A stretch of DNA of 64,000 bases from Kiritimatiellia bacterium (GCA_028715905.1 JAQUQV010000004.1:16664-80663); one strand, 5' to 3'; positions 18,286 to 27,755 are shown, numbered from the stretch's first letter. The notes: generated by a model not told the origin, from the letters alone. Numbers and translations are program-made.

Positions 18286-19692
18286 ATGGAGCAATTTGAC
18301 ATGTTGACCCTGCTTTTAATCGTTCCTTTGGCGGCGGTTTTGTTTTGCAACCTGCCGTTTTCGTTCCTGCGCAGGAGCATTATTCCCCTGGCCGTTCTTT
18401 TGGCCGTCCTGCAGGCGCTGGTTGCCGTGTTTTTACCGGAGGCAACGGCCATGTCTTTTGTCCTGCCGCTTTTTGCGGACGGATTTTCAAGGGTTATGCT
18501 GTTGGCGATCGCGATTGTTTCCGCGTCCGCTTTGCTGGTCGGCCGGGTTACGTTTGCCGATGAAAGAACGCGCTGCAATTTTGCCAGCCTGGTCCTGCTG
18601 GCCGTGCTCGGCATGAACGGCGTGGCGCTTTGCGCCGATTTGTTTTCCATTTATGTTTTTGTGGAGGTCGCCGCGGTTTCATCCTTTGTCCTGATCGCCT
18701 CGGAAAAGAGCCGCGCGGGGCTGGAGGGGGCCTTCAAGTATTTTGTCCTCTCGGCCGCGGCTTCCATCGCCATGCTCTCGGCCGTGGCGCTCTTTTTCCT
18801 TGTCTCGGGCTCCACCGGATTTGCCGCCGTGGCGCTGGCCTTGCGGGCGCTTCCCGGCCAGCCGCTCGTCCTGCTGGCGCTGGCGCTTTTCATCGGCGGC
18901 CTTTTTATCAAGTCGGGGCTCATGCCCTTTCACGGCTGGGTTCCGGACGCGTACGCTTCCGCGCCTTCCGCGGTTTCGGTGCTGCTGGCCGGCATCGTTA
19001 CCAAGACCACCGGCGTCTATGTGTTGATGCGCGTCATGGCGGACGTTTGCTGGCTTGACCGCGCCGGAGATGTTATCATGCTGGCGGGAGCCTTCACGCT
19101 TGCGGCGGCCGCTTTTGCGGCCATGGCGCAGAGCGACATGCGGCGGATGCTGGCCTATTCCAGCATCAGCCAGGTGGGGTATATAATCCTGAGTTTCGGG
19201 ATCGGCACGCCGCTGGGCATGGCCGGCGCAATTTTCCATCTTTTCAACCATTCCGTTTTCAAATCGCTTCTCTTTGTCAACGCGGCGGCGGTGGAAAAGC
19301 AGACCGGTCTGCGCGACATGAACGCCATGGGCGGTCTGGCGCAGAAAATGCCGTTGACTGGCGCGGCTTCGGTGATCGGGCTTTTGTCCACGGCGGGTGT
19401 CCCGCCTCTGGCCGGCTTCTGGAGCAAGCTGGTCATTATCCTGGCTTTATGGCAGGCGGGGCATTACGTTTATGCCGTTATTGCCGTTCTGGCCAGCCTG
19501 GTAACGCTGACTTATTTTCTCATAATGCAGAGAAAAATTTTCTTCGGACTTTTGCGCCCCGGTTTTGAGAAGGTTACCGAGGCTTTTGGCATGGCCGCGC
19601 CGGTTATTTTGCTGGCGGCGCTCACCGTGGCCATTGGGTTGGCAATACCGTTTATTAAAGGAACGTTTCTTCTGCCGTTGACGGGGATGTAA
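18286..19692 (+). CDS. MrpD/NuoM-like antiporter-type subunit number 3.
   Basis: Motifs WVPDAYASAPSAVSVLLAGIVTKTTGVYV and LAYSSISQVGYIIL. Confidence 0.75.
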   Translation: MEQFDMLTLLLIVPLAAVLFCNLPFSFLRRSIIPLAVLLAVLQALVAVFLPEATAMSFVLPLFADGFSRVMLLAIAIVSASALLVGRVTFADERTRCNFASLVLLAVLGMNGVALCADLFSIYVFVEVAAVSSFVLIASEKSRAGLEGAFKYFVLSAAASIAMLSAVALFFLVSGSTGFAAVALALRALPGQPLVLLALALFIGGLFIKSGLMPFHGWVPDAYASAPSAVSVLLAGIVTKTTGVYVLMRVMADVCWLDRAGDVIMLAGAFTLAAAAFAAMAQSDMRRMLAYSSISQVGYIILSFGIGTPLGMAGAIFHLFNHSVFKSLLFVNAAAVEKQTGLRDMNAMGGLAQKMPLTGAASVIGLLSTAGVPPLAGFWSKLVIILALWQAGHYVYAVIAVLASLVTLTYFLIMQRKIFFGLLRPGFEKVTEAFGMAAPVILLAALTVAIGLAIPFIKGTFLLPLTGM

Positions 19693-19699
19693 GCAGGGC

Positions 19700-20206
19700 A
19701 TGAATCTTGACATCATCATATTGATTCTTCTAGCAGTCGGCGCGCTGGCGGTCGTCATGACCGCGGATTTGTTGAAATCCGCCGTCGGCCTGGCGGCGGT
19801 GAGCGCTATTCTGTCCATACTCATGTTCCGGCTGGCGGCGCCGCTGGCGGCGGTTTTTGAGCTTTCGGTCTGCGCCGGCCTGATAACGGTCGTGTTTATC
19901 AGCGTCATCGGCCTGACCCGGCCGGGCGTCAAGGATGCCCCGCGCCGCTCCAGGTATTTTATTCCGCCGTTGATATTGTTGATTGTTCTGCTGGGATTTT
20001 ATGCCGTCAGGTGCCAGCCCGACCCGGTTGTTTCCACGCTTCTGCCTTGCGGGGCCGATGTGCGAAAGGTATTATGGGAGGAACGCGCCCTTGATTTGCT
20101 CGGGCAGGTCGCGGTGCTTCTGGCGGGCGTGTTCGGCGTGGTAGTCTTGTTCAAGGAGAGGCAAAAGAAGAAAGAAGACGGCGGCGGGCCGAATCCGAAG
20201 GAATAG
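19700..20206 (+). CDS. MbhE/MbhD-like small membrane subunit (DUF4040-like domain followed by an MnhB-type domain).
   Basis: The N-terminal half AAPLAAVFELSVCAGL resembles the MrpB N-domain (DUF4040). The C-terminal half LWEERALDLLGQVAVLLAGVFGVV resembles the MnhB domain. Both resemblances are weak. Confidence 0.5.
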   Translation: MNLDIIILILLAVGALAVVMTADLLKSAVGLAAVSAILSILMFRLAAPLAAVFELSVCAGLITVVFISVIGLTRPGVKDAPRRSRYFIPPLILLIVLLGFYAVRCQPDPVVSTLLPCGADVRKVLWEERALDLLGQVAVLLAGVFGVVVLFKERQKKKEDGGGPNPKE

Positions 20207-20244
20207 GCGCGAAAAACCGGCCGGACGCATTTAAATTTAAAAAA

Positions 20245-20553
20245 ATGGCGAACATGTTTCCAATCTTTGCGGGTGCGATCGTTTTTGTCCTGGCGCTCGG
20301 GTTGTATTACGTTATCACGGCCGGCAACGTCATCCGCATCCTGATCGGGGTGGAGCTTATGATCAAGGCCGTGACGCTCGCCATTATTCTGGCGGGGCGG
20401 CTGGCGGGCCGGCCGGCGCTGGCGCAGTGCCTGGCGATAACGTTGATTGTGGTGGAAGTGGCGGTGATTGCCGTTGCCGCGGGCATAACGGTCGGGATTT
20501 TCAGGCGGAACGGATCTCTGGACACGTCGGAATTGAAAACATTGAAAGGCTGA
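20245..20553 (+). CDS. MrpC/NuoK-like subunit (MbhG-like).
   Basis: 102 aa with 3 TM helices. The GVELMIKAV motif has the membrane glutamate typical of NuoK/MrpC. Confidence 0.65.
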   Translation: MANMFPIFAGAIVFVLALGLYYVITAGNVIRILIGVELMIKAVTLAIILAGRLAGRPALAQCLAITLIVVEVAVIAVAAGITVGIFRRNGSLDTSELKTLKG

Positions 20554-20639
20554 TACGCCCGGCCGCCATCCGGGTTGCAATCATGAAAAGCGGCCCGGCG
20601 GGAGCAGTTTAAAATTGTCCGGACCTTGAACGGTGAACC

Positions 20640-20978
20640 ATGAGTCTTGAACAAATCATATTATCCCCGCCGCTGGCGTTTGCGGCGCTTTTTATCGTCA
20701 TCGGACTGCTGGTCAGGCTGGCCGCGCGCCTCGCGGTCCGGCCGGATGCGGTCCGGCCCGGCGCGCTTAAAGCTTATGCCTGCGGCGAGGACGTCCAGGA
20801 CCACCGCGCGCGGCCGGAATACGGCCAGTTTTTTCCGTTCGCGTTTTTTTTCACGATCATGCACGTCGTGGCGCTGATTATCGCCACCGTGCCGGCCGAA
20901 AACCTGCGCGTCTTCGGCCTGGCGCTTTTGTTTGTGATTGCGTCCGCCATGGGGCTTTTTATATTGTATCGGAATTGA
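20640..20978 (+). CDS. Small membrane subunit, MbhI-like (112 aa, 3 TM).
   Basis: Position between the MrpC-like gene and the hydrogenase small subunit, as for MbhI in Mbh operons. Hydrophobic profile only. Confidence 0.45.
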   Translation: MSLEQIILSPPLAFAALFIVIGLLVRLAARLAVRPDAVRPGALKAYACGEDVQDHRARPEYGQFFPFAFFFTIMHVVALIIATVPAENLRVFGLALLFVIASAMGLFILYRN

Positions 20979-20981
20979 ATA

Positions 20982-21413
20982 ATGGGCATGGTAAAAAAGA
21001 TTGTAACCTGGGCGCGGATCAAATCGCCCTGGATTATCCATTTCAACACGGGCGCGTGCAACGCCTGCGATATTGAGATTGTCGCGGCCCTGACGCCGCG
21101 TTTTGATATTGAACGCTTCGGCGTGCTTTTGAAGGGCACCCCGCGCCATGCCGACGTGCTGGTCTGTTCCGGCCCGGTAACGCGCCAGATCAGGGAGCGG
21201 GTCATCCGCATTTACGAGCAGATGACCCAGCCGAAATTTGTCGTGGCGGTTGGAACCTGCGCCTGTTCCGGCGGGGTATTCCGCGGATGTTATAATGTCA
21301 AGGGCGGTATTGACGCGGTCATCCCGGTTTCGGCCTATATTCCCGGATGCCCGGCGCGGCCCGAGGCGATCATTGACGGCGTGGTTAAACTGCTGGCCTC
21401 GTTGAAAAACTGA
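20982..21413 (+). CDS. [NiFe] hydrogenase small subunit, NuoB-like (MbhJ/EchC-like), carrying the proximal 4Fe-4S cluster.
   Basis: Cys pattern CNAC...GTCACSGG...IPGCPA. Length 143 aa. Confidence 0.8.
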   Translation: MGMVKKIVTWARIKSPWIIHFNTGACNACDIEIVAALTPRFDIERFGVLLKGTPRHADVLVCSGPVTRQIRERVIRIYEQMTQPKFVVAVGTCACSGGVFRGCYNVKGGIDAVIPVSAYIPGCPARPEAIIDGVVKLLASLKN

Positions 21414-21473
21414 TGAGGCGTTTTTTCGCAAAGAAATAAGAGCTTTTACCGCCCGCTTCGCTGGAGACGCCGA

Positions 21474-21962
21474 GTGCGCGGAGAAAAGAAAAAAATGACA
21501 AAAGAAGAAGAAATCAGCGGTCGGATTCTCGCCCAGTTTCCCTTCCTTGACGGGAAAACGCGGGTTCAGCGCGCGCGGCGGATCTGGGTGGAGACGCCCG
21601 GCGACAAATTTGACGGCGTGCTGAACTGGCTGGTTGACAAGGAAGCTTTCAATAATTTATGCACGATCACCGGCCAGGACGAAGGCGAGGTGTTTTCAAT
21701 CACCTATCACCTGGCGCGCAAGGACGGGATTGTCCTGAACCTGAAGGTAATGGTTGCCAGGCAAAAACCGGAATGGAAGTCGGTCGCTTCGTGGTTTCCG
21801 GGCTGCGTTAATTATGAGCGCGAAATTGCCGGCCTGTTCGGGGTGCAGTTTGCAAATCTGCCGCCCGGGCCGCGTTATCCGCTGCCCGACGACTGGCCGG
21901 AAGGGGAATATCCCCTGCGCAAGGACTGGAAACAGGAAAATCCGGACGGGGAAAACAAATGA
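21474..21962 (+). CDS. NuoC-like subunit of the energy-converting hydrogenase (MbhK-like).
   Basis: 162 aa with a NuoC/Complex1_30kDa-like core (ERE.AG.FGV.F...P). It overlaps the large-subunit gene by 4 bp. The likely start is the internal Met at 21495. Confidence 0.65.
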   Translation: MRGEKKKMTKEEEISGRILAQFPFLDGKTRVQRARRIWVETPGDKFDGVLNWLVDKEAFNNLCTITGQDEGEVFSITYHLARKDGIVLNLKVMVARQKPEWKSVASWFPGCVNYEREIAGLFGVQFANLPPGPRYPLPDDWPEGEYPLRKDWKQENPDGENK

Positions 21963-23188
21963 GCAGAATAAAAATACCGATCGGCCCCCAGCACCCGGCC
22001 CTGAAGGAGCCGGAAAATTTCCAGCTGGCCCTGGAAGGCGAAAGGATCATGGAGGCCGGCATGCGCCTCGGTTACAATCACCGCGGCATGGAAAAGGCCT
22101 GCGAGCAGCGTTCCTACATTCAGGATATTTACCTGCTGGAACGGGTTTGCGGCATCTGCTCGCATTCGCATTCCACCTGTTTCGTGCAGGCCGTTGAGGA
22201 AATTGCCGGTTTGCAGATTACTCCGCGGGCGGCTTATATCCGCGTTTTAATCGGCGAACTGGAAAGAATTCACAGCCACATGCTCTGGTTCGGCGTGGCC
22301 GCGCACGAGGTTGGTTTTGACACGCTCCTCATGTACAGCTGGCGCGACCGCGAGATTGTCATGGACTTGCTGGCCGAAATCAGCGGCAACCGCGTCAATT
22401 ACGCCATCAACACCATCGGCGGCGTGCGCCGGGATATTACTCCCGAACTTTCCGCCCGCATCGCCCAAGGCATTGACCGGCTTGAGGAAAGGACCAAATA
22501 TTACATTCAGGTCGCCACCGAGGAGGCCACCCTGATCGCCCGGCTCTCCAAAGTCGGGTTTCTTTCAAAACAAGACGCCCTGGCGCTCGGCGCCATCGGA
22601 CCCACCGGCCGGGCCAGCGCCGTGGACAGCGACACGCGCCGCGACGATCCCTATGCCGTTTATAACGAGCTGGCTTTCAAGGTGATCACCGATGAGCACT
22701 GCGACGTCTACGGCCGCACGCTGGTGCGTCTCGGCGAGTTGATGGAAACTTATAAAATAATCCGGCAGGTTCTGGAACGGCTCCCGGAAGGGCCGCTCAC
22801 CGTGAAGGCCCCGCGCAAAATCCCGGCCGGCGAGGCTTTCAGCCGCTACGAGGCGCCGCGCGGCGAGGACGTCCATTACGTCCGCTCCAACGGCACCGAA
22901 AAGCCGGAGCGGGTGAAAGTCCGCGCGCCGACGCTGGCCAACCTGGCTTCGGTCGCCAAAATGCTGGAAAATAATTACCTGGCCGACGCCCCGATTATCA
23001 TTGCCGCCATTGATCCCTGCTTTTCCTGCACCGACCGGGCGCTGGTTCTGAAAGAAGCCAACGGGCGCAACCGCCGTTCAATGGAATGGGACGCATTAAG
23101 AACTTACGGCATTGAATGGCATCGCCGCCGCGGTATTGATTTCGCGGGCGCCGGCAAGCGTCTTCTCAAACTGATGGAGGGGCATTGA
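21959..23188 (+). CDS. Group 4 [NiFe] hydrogenase large (catalytic) subunit, NuoD-like (MbhL/EchE-like).
   Basis: N-terminal Ni-Fe ligand motif RVCGICSHSHS (RxCGxCxxxH) and C-terminal DPCFSCTDR (DPCxxCxxR, the group-4 variant). It is followed by a 49-aa C-terminal extension that the downstream protease would be expected to remove. Confidence 0.85.
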   Translation: MSRIKIPIGPQHPALKEPENFQLALEGERIMEAGMRLGYNHRGMEKACEQRSYIQDIYLLERVCGICSHSHSTCFVQAVEEIAGLQITPRAAYIRVLIGELERIHSHMLWFGVAAHEVGFDTLLMYSWRDREIVMDLLAEISGNRVNYAINTIGGVRRDITPELSARIAQGIDRLEERTKYYIQVATEEATLIARLSKVGFLSKQDALALGAIGPTGRASAVDSDTRRDDPYAVYNELAFKVITDEHCDVYGRTLVRLGELMETYKIIRQVLERLPEGPLTVKAPRKIPAGEAFSRYEAPRGEDVHYVRSNGTEKPERVKVRAPTLANLASVAKMLENNYLADAPIIIAAIDPCFSCTDRALVLKEANGRNRRSMEWDALRTYGIEWHRRRGIDFAGAGKRLLKLMEGH

Positions 23189-24132
23189 TGGCAACCGCTT
23201 TGTTTAATTTGCTGGTTTTCCCGGGTTTGCTTTTCGTGATTATCGGCGGTCTGGCGTTTGAATACATTGACCGCAAGGTGCACGCCCGCATGCAGAACCG
23301 CATCGGACCGCCCTGGTTCCAACCCTTTGCCGACCTCGTTAAACTGCTGGCGAAAGAATCCATCGTGCCGGAAAACGCCGACCGCCGTCTGTTCCAATTG
23401 ATACCGGTTGTTGCCCTGGCCGCGGTTGTTACCTCTTTTTTGTATATCCCGCTCTGGAAAAGCGCGGCTCTCTATTCCTTTAGCGGAGACCTGATCGTGG
23501 TTTTTTATCTGTTGACCATTCCTTCCATGGCTCTTTTCCTGGCCGGCTGGGGCGCCGTTTCGCTGTATTCGCTGATCGGCGCCGTGCGTTGTCTGACCCA
23601 GCTTTTTGCCTACGAGGTGCCGTTTTTCATGGGGATTCTGGCGCCGTGTATTCTGGCCGATACCTGGAGCCTGAGCGGTGTGGCGGATTATTACCAGAAA
23701 GCGCCGGCCCTTGCGCTGGTCAACGTGATTGGATTTGGAGTGGCCCTGGTCGCGCTTCTGGGAAAACTTGAAAAAGTGCCTTTTGACATTCCCGAGGCGG
23801 AGACGGAAATCGTGGCCGGGCCCCTCACCGAATACAGCGGCTGGATGCTGGCCTTGTTCCGTTTGACGCTGGATATAGAGCTCTTTGTCGGGGCTTCCCT
23901 GCTGGCGGCGGTTTTTCTGCCGTTCGGATTCAATCTGCCCGGCTGGGGGGGATTCATCGTTTATGTCCTGAAACTTCTGGCCGTTGTGGGTCTGCTTACG
24001 CTTTTACGGACGCTTTTCGCCCGCCTGCGTTTGGAGCAGATGGTGGATTTCTGTTGGAAATATCTGGCGCCGGCGGCCTTGTTGCAGTTGGTCATCAGTT
24101 TAAGCTGCAAGGCGGTCTTAAATGCGGGATAA
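23185..24132 (+). CDS. NuoH-like membrane subunit (MbhM-like).
   Basis: 315 aa with 8 TM helices. Conserved NuoH-like segments FEYIDRKVHARMQNRIGP and VPFDIPEAETEIVAG. Confidence 0.8.
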   Translation: MMATALFNLLVFPGLLFVIIGGLAFEYIDRKVHARMQNRIGPPWFQPFADLVKLLAKESIVPENADRRLFQLIPVVALAAVVTSFLYIPLWKSAALYSFSGDLIVVFYLLTIPSMALFLAGWGAVSLYSLIGAVRCLTQLFAYEVPFFMGILAPCILADTWSLSGVADYYQKAPALALVNVIGFGVALVALLGKLEKVPFDIPEAETEIVAGPLTEYSGWMLALFRLTLDIELFVGASLLAAVFLPFGFNLPGWGGFIVYVLKLLAVVGLLTLLRTLFARLRLEQMVDFCWKYLAPAALLQLVISLSCKAVLNAG

Positions 24133-24141
24133 CAAAATTCC

Positions 24142-24570
24142 ATGATAAAAATCGGAAAAATGCTGCAGCAGCTCTTGAGTTCGCTGGGGGAAAAACCGGC
24201 CACGCACCGTTATCCTTTTGAACGGGTGTCCCTGCCGCCCCGCTTCAGGGGAAAACTCAAATTTTATCCGGAGAAGTGCATCGGCTGCCGGCTCTGCATG
24301 CGGGATTGCCCCTCGGCGGCCATCCAGATAAATAAAATCGGCGAAAAACGGTTTGAAGCGGTTATCAGCCTGGACCGTTGCATATATTGCGCGCAATGTG
24401 TTGATGTCTGCCCGAAGAAAGCGCTTGAAATCACTTCTGAATTTGAGCTGGCCCAGTTGGACCGCAAAAACCTGAAAGCCGTCTTTTCGCCGCCGGCCGA
24501 GCCGCCGTCCGCCGGACAAGCCGGCGCAACCAATGCTTCTCCTGAAACAAAAGCTCCGGAAGGCGCTTGA
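24142..24570 (+). CDS. 2x[4Fe-4S] ferredoxin subunit, NuoI-like (MbhN-like).
   Basis: Two CxxCxxCxxxCP motifs: CIGCRLCMRDCP and CIYCAQCVDVCP. Confidence 0.85.
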   Translation: MIKIGKMLQQLLSSLGEKPATHRYPFERVSLPPRFRGKLKFYPEKCIGCRLCMRDCPSAAIQINKIGEKRFEAVISLDRCIYCAQCVDVCPKKALEITSEFELAQLDRKNLKAVFSPPAEPPSAGQAGATNASPETKAPEGA

Positions 24571-25081
24571 AAATTACGGTCGGGTGGCTGTCCTCGGCGT
24601 CGGTTCGGAATTGCGCGGCGATGACGCCGCCGGCCTGCTGGCGCTGAGCTATCTTCAGAAAAAAAAATATCCCGCCCCGCAATCACGGACTCGTTTTGTC
24701 AAGCGTGCCGGCGGCGCCGCCCGCCCGGCGCGCAAGGGGCCTGTCTTAAAATTGTTCAATGGCGGCACCGCCCCCGAAAACCTGACCGGTGAAATCAGGC
24801 GTTTTCGCCCGGATTGTTTGATAATAATAGACGCGGCCGACCTCGGGAAACGGGCCGGCGCGGTTGCGCTGGTTGAGCTTGAAAAAATCGCCGACGCTTC
24901 ATTTTCAACGCATAAACTTCCGCTGAAACTGATGCTTGATTACCTTGCCGCCGAAACGAAGCTTGCCTTTGTCTTTCTCGGCATTCAGCCCAAAAGCCTG
25001 GAATTTGGCGCTCCGGTTTCAGAGCCGGTCCGCCGCGCCGCGCGGGACCTGGCCGGTTTCCTGGCGGCCGTTTTGTGGTAA
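24533..25081 (+). CDS. Hydrogenase maturation endopeptidase (HycI/HyaD family).
   Basis: VAVLGVGSELRGDDAAGLLA matches the GxGNxxxxDDGxG metal-binding motif region of hydrogenase C-terminal proteases. It overlaps the ferredoxin gene's 3' end. Confidence 0.7.
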   Translation: MLLLKQKLRKALENYGRVAVLGVGSELRGDDAAGLLALSYLQKKKYPAPQSRTRFVKRAGGAARPARKGPVLKLFNGGTAPENLTGEIRRFRPDCLIIIDAADLGKRAGAVALVELEKIADASFSTHKLPLKLMLDYLAAETKLAFVFLGIQPKSLEFGAPVSEPVRRAARDLAGFLAAVLW

Positions 25082-25084
25082 TTA

Positions 25085-25380
25085 AATGTATAGGGATTTT
25101 AATCTTGCCGCAAAAGAGCGCAAAATCGTGGGTAGGAGCCGAACCCCTGTTCGGCGATGCATCTGGTGTTTGGAATCGCCGCATGGGGATGCGGCGCCTA
25201 CGTCTATCAAATACAGTTGCCGCTTTTGGCGGGCTAATTCAATGCATAGGAATTTCAAAGTTGTCTATTTTTTGTAGGGGCTTCGCTCGTCGAAGCCCTC
25301 TGAAGGGGCGCGACAAGCACGCCCCCTACATGCGAAAAATAACAGTTGCCGCCTTTTGGCGGCTTAATTTAATGGTCTGT
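25085..25380 (+). repeat. Array A of hairpin-rich repeat units of about 130 bp (two full units and a partial third).
   Basis: Unit ends are conserved: head TAATTCAATGCATAGGAATTTCAA, tail AACAGTTGCCGCCTTTTGGCGGC. Positions 25245-25363 are essentially identical to 40108-40226. Nested inverted repeats include GTAGGGG...CCCCTAC, GGGCTTCG/CGAAGCCC and GCCGCC/GGCGGC. Confidence 0.8.
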
Positions 25381-26427
25381 CTTTTGCGCCCCGGCTGTTG
25401 CCAGCTTGAAGAGGCGGTGTTTATCCCATATTTCCACGAGGCCGTGTCCGGGGCCGGCCGGATCGTCGGGCAGCGCGAAACGGAGTTCAAAATCTCCCCG
25501 TGAAACTTCGCGCGCCGGAAGCCATATATCCGGGGCATTGCCGTTTCCGCGCAGGCCGGCCGTGATTTCAATCGGGATGCCGGTATGGGAGACGCGGCAA
25601 AGCAACGCTTTGCCGCCGGCATCGGGCTTGTTTTCCAGGAACCGGAATTCATGGCTTCCGCCCATGACCGACACGCGCGGCAGGGCGAGGAGGTTCGCGC
25701 CGGGGCCGATTGATGTTACCGCGTCTTGGCAGACGACCGCAGTCTGGAACCCGGCCTCTCGGGCGGCCTGGATTGTTTTTTCATTGTATTCCCCGTGGGG
25801 ATAGCTGAAGGAATGCGGTTTTTTAATGCCGTGCAGAATCAGTTGCCGCCGGCATTCCGCCATCTGCCAGGCGGGATTGGCGTCAACCACCAGGTTTGCG
25901 TGCGTATGCGAATGCCCCCCAAAGACGAACGTGCGTCTCTTCTGCATTGCCAGCGCTTCCGGCCAGACCAGGCAGTCTTTTCCCTCATACTGCCGCCGCT
26001 CCGCCGCCGTTTCCGCCACCCGGCCGGTAATCAGGTAAATAATGGCGCGGAAACCGTTTTCATTCAGGATGGGCTCAACGCGCGTCAGGTTGCAGAGATA
26101 ACCGTCGTCAAAAGTGATGATTATCGGCCGCCGCGGCAAGGGGCGGCGCCACTTGCGGTGCGCGGCAAGGTCGGACGGCAATATTGTCTGAAACCCCTGT
26201 TCGCGCAGAGAGGACATTTGGGAGCGGAAGATTTTGGCCGGCACGCACCAAGCGCTGTTGGTTTTATCGCCCACCTCATGGTACATCAGGACGGGCACAG
26301 GGCGTGATTTTCCCGCCTCCCGGCGGAACGCGCCGACACCGCCGGCGATCACGGCAATTGCCGCCAGAACGCCCAATGTGCCGTAAAAGATATTCCTGTT
26401 CATGTCCTCTGACGCCAGAGCAACCAA
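25369..26427 (-). CDS. Polysaccharide deacetylase (NodB-homology domain) family protein with an N-terminal TM anchor.
   Basis: The FGGHSHTHANL His motif and upstream PVLMYHEV / TFDDGY motifs are typical of the CE4 NodB domain. Confidence 0.7.
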   Translation of the reverse strand: MVALASEDMNRNIFYGTLGVLAAIAVIAGGVGAFRREAGKSRPVPVLMYHEVGDKTNSAWCVPAKIFRSQMSSLREQGFQTILPSDLAAHRKWRRPLPRRPIIITFDDGYLCNLTRVEPILNENGFRAIIYLITGRVAETAAERRQYEGKDCLVWPEALAMQKRRTFVFGGHSHTHANLVVDANPAWQMAECRRQLILHGIKKPHSFSYPHGEYNEKTIQAAREAGFQTAVVCQDAVTSIGPGANLLALPRVSVMGGSHEFRFLENKPDAGGKALLCRVSHTGIPIEITAGLRGNGNAPDIWLPAREVSRGDFELRFALPDDPAGPGHGLVEIWDKHRLFKLATAGAQKTDH

Positions 26428-26453
26428 AGATTTGGTTGCGGCTATATGCCGCC

Positions 26454-27755
26454 TTAAAACATATAGGATGTGTTAAAAAAGATGTAAATCTGTTTTTCGC
26501 GGGCGGTATTGATGGATTGAACCACCGTGTTGTGCTCCCCGTCAAGGGTATAGCCGTAGTCGTCCCCCGAGCCGAAAATGTAGTTGACGCCCAGCGACAT
26601 CGTAACGTTATCCAGCTCGCGTCCGACGCTGGCGGTGAGGCCGTATTCGTCTATCTGGCCGGGGTAGCCCTTTTCCTGCTCCTTTAAATCGGCGTCGGGG
26701 GCGGCGGAGAAGGCGGTGTAGAAACCGGCGCGGATGGGATACGCGTTTGCGATGTAATATTCCGCGCCGACATTGACGTCCACCACGGACCGGTTGATGT
26801 ATTCCGCGATGGCCGGTTCGCCTGTTTCGTCCAGCGTGCCGTTGAGCCGGTTATAAGAATTAGCCAGGTGCCAGGTCAGGTCAAGCCCGATTCCGAACGC
26901 TTTTTCCTTTTCCCATCCCGCGCCGACCGTGAATTTTGCCGGAATTTTATATTTGGCGTCCATATTGTCGGCGTGGCCGAAATCCTTGATGAAAACTCCA
27001 TCCTGATAAGCTTCTTCGTTGGCCTGGTATTCTCCGTTGCCCCAGATGTCAATGGCCGGGCACTGGGCCGACAGACCGAAGCGCCAGCGCTCGGTGGGGC
27101 GATACTGCACGCCGGCCATGCCCAGCAAGCCGAAGGTTTTGTATTTCAGGTTTCGCGTGCCGGTGTATGAAATCGTGTCAAGGTAAACAGTCTGGAGGGA
27201 ACTGTAGTTGCGGTAAATGCCGTAGATCCCGATGCCGACCGACCATTTTTCAGAGAAGGCGTGCGCCGCGGAAGGTCCGATCATCAGGGTCTGGTCGTCA
27301 ATGGTGATGTTGTAATAGTTATGGTCCCTGGGGAAGGCCAGGATATCGGACAGGGAATAGCGCGCGGGCACAAAAGCGCCCAGGCCGATGGCGGTTTGCG
27401 GCGCGGCAAAGAAGACCATGCCCATGGCCGGCGGCACGGTGATGAATGACGAAGTTTTAGCGTCTTCGGCCGGATAGAGCGCGTCATCGGCGTTGTATTT
27501 CTGCCAGCCGTACAAACTGGCCGAAACGGATATGGTGCGCTGTTTTGTGTAAGCCAGGCCGGCGGGGTTGTAATAGGCGGCGTCCAGGGCCGTGCCCAGA
27601 GCCGCGCCGGCGCCGCCCATGCCTGCCGCGCGATCGCCGATGACATATTGTTGGTAGTTGGCTTCGTTGGCCCGGGTGTTCAATGCGCAGAAAAAAATTG
27701 CGCCGATAACCACGGCGCTGAAAACCGGACTGATTTTGATGGCTTTTATGTGCAT
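26454..27755 (-). CDS. FadL/TodX-family outer-membrane hydrophobic-compound transport protein.
   Basis: Signal peptide, then DRAAGMGGAGAALGTALDAAYYNPAGLAY, which matches the FadL N-terminal hatch motif. C-terminal aromatic residue (SYMF). Confidence 0.65.
   Translation of the reverse strand: MHIKAIKISPVFSAVVIGAIFFCALNTRANEANYQQYVIGDRAAGMGGAGAALGTALDAAYYNPAGLAYTKQRTISVSASLYGWQKYNADDALYPAEDAKTSSFITVPPAMGMVFFAAPQTAIGLGAFVPARYSLSDILAFPRDHNYYNITIDDQTLMIGPSAAHAFSEKWSVGIGIYGIYRNYSSLQTVYLDTISYTGTRNLKYKTFGLLGMAGVQYRPTERWRFGLSAQCPAIDIWGNGEYQANEEAYQDGVFIKDFGHADNMDAKYKIPAKFTVGAGWEKEKAFGIGLDLTWHLANSYNRLNGTLDETGEPAIAEYINRSVVDVNVGAEYYIANAYPIRAGFYTAFSAAPDADLKEQEKGYPGQIDEYGLTASVGRELDNVTMSLGVNYIFGSGDDYGYTLDGEHNTVVQSINTAREKQIYIFFNTSYMF

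Noticed and set aside
20661-21431. 256-aa minus-strand ORF across the MbhI-like and small-subunit genes.
   Set aside because: Arg/Asp-rich antisense frame of a tightly packed, motif-supported operon.
25075-25652. ORFs 25075..25503 (+) and 25326..25652 (-) overlapping repeat array A; likewise 39870..40121 (-) in array B.
   Set aside because: Their sequence is supplied by the repeat units. The two minus ORFs end with the identical repeat-encoded ...KAATVIFRM. No coding signal is otherwise present.
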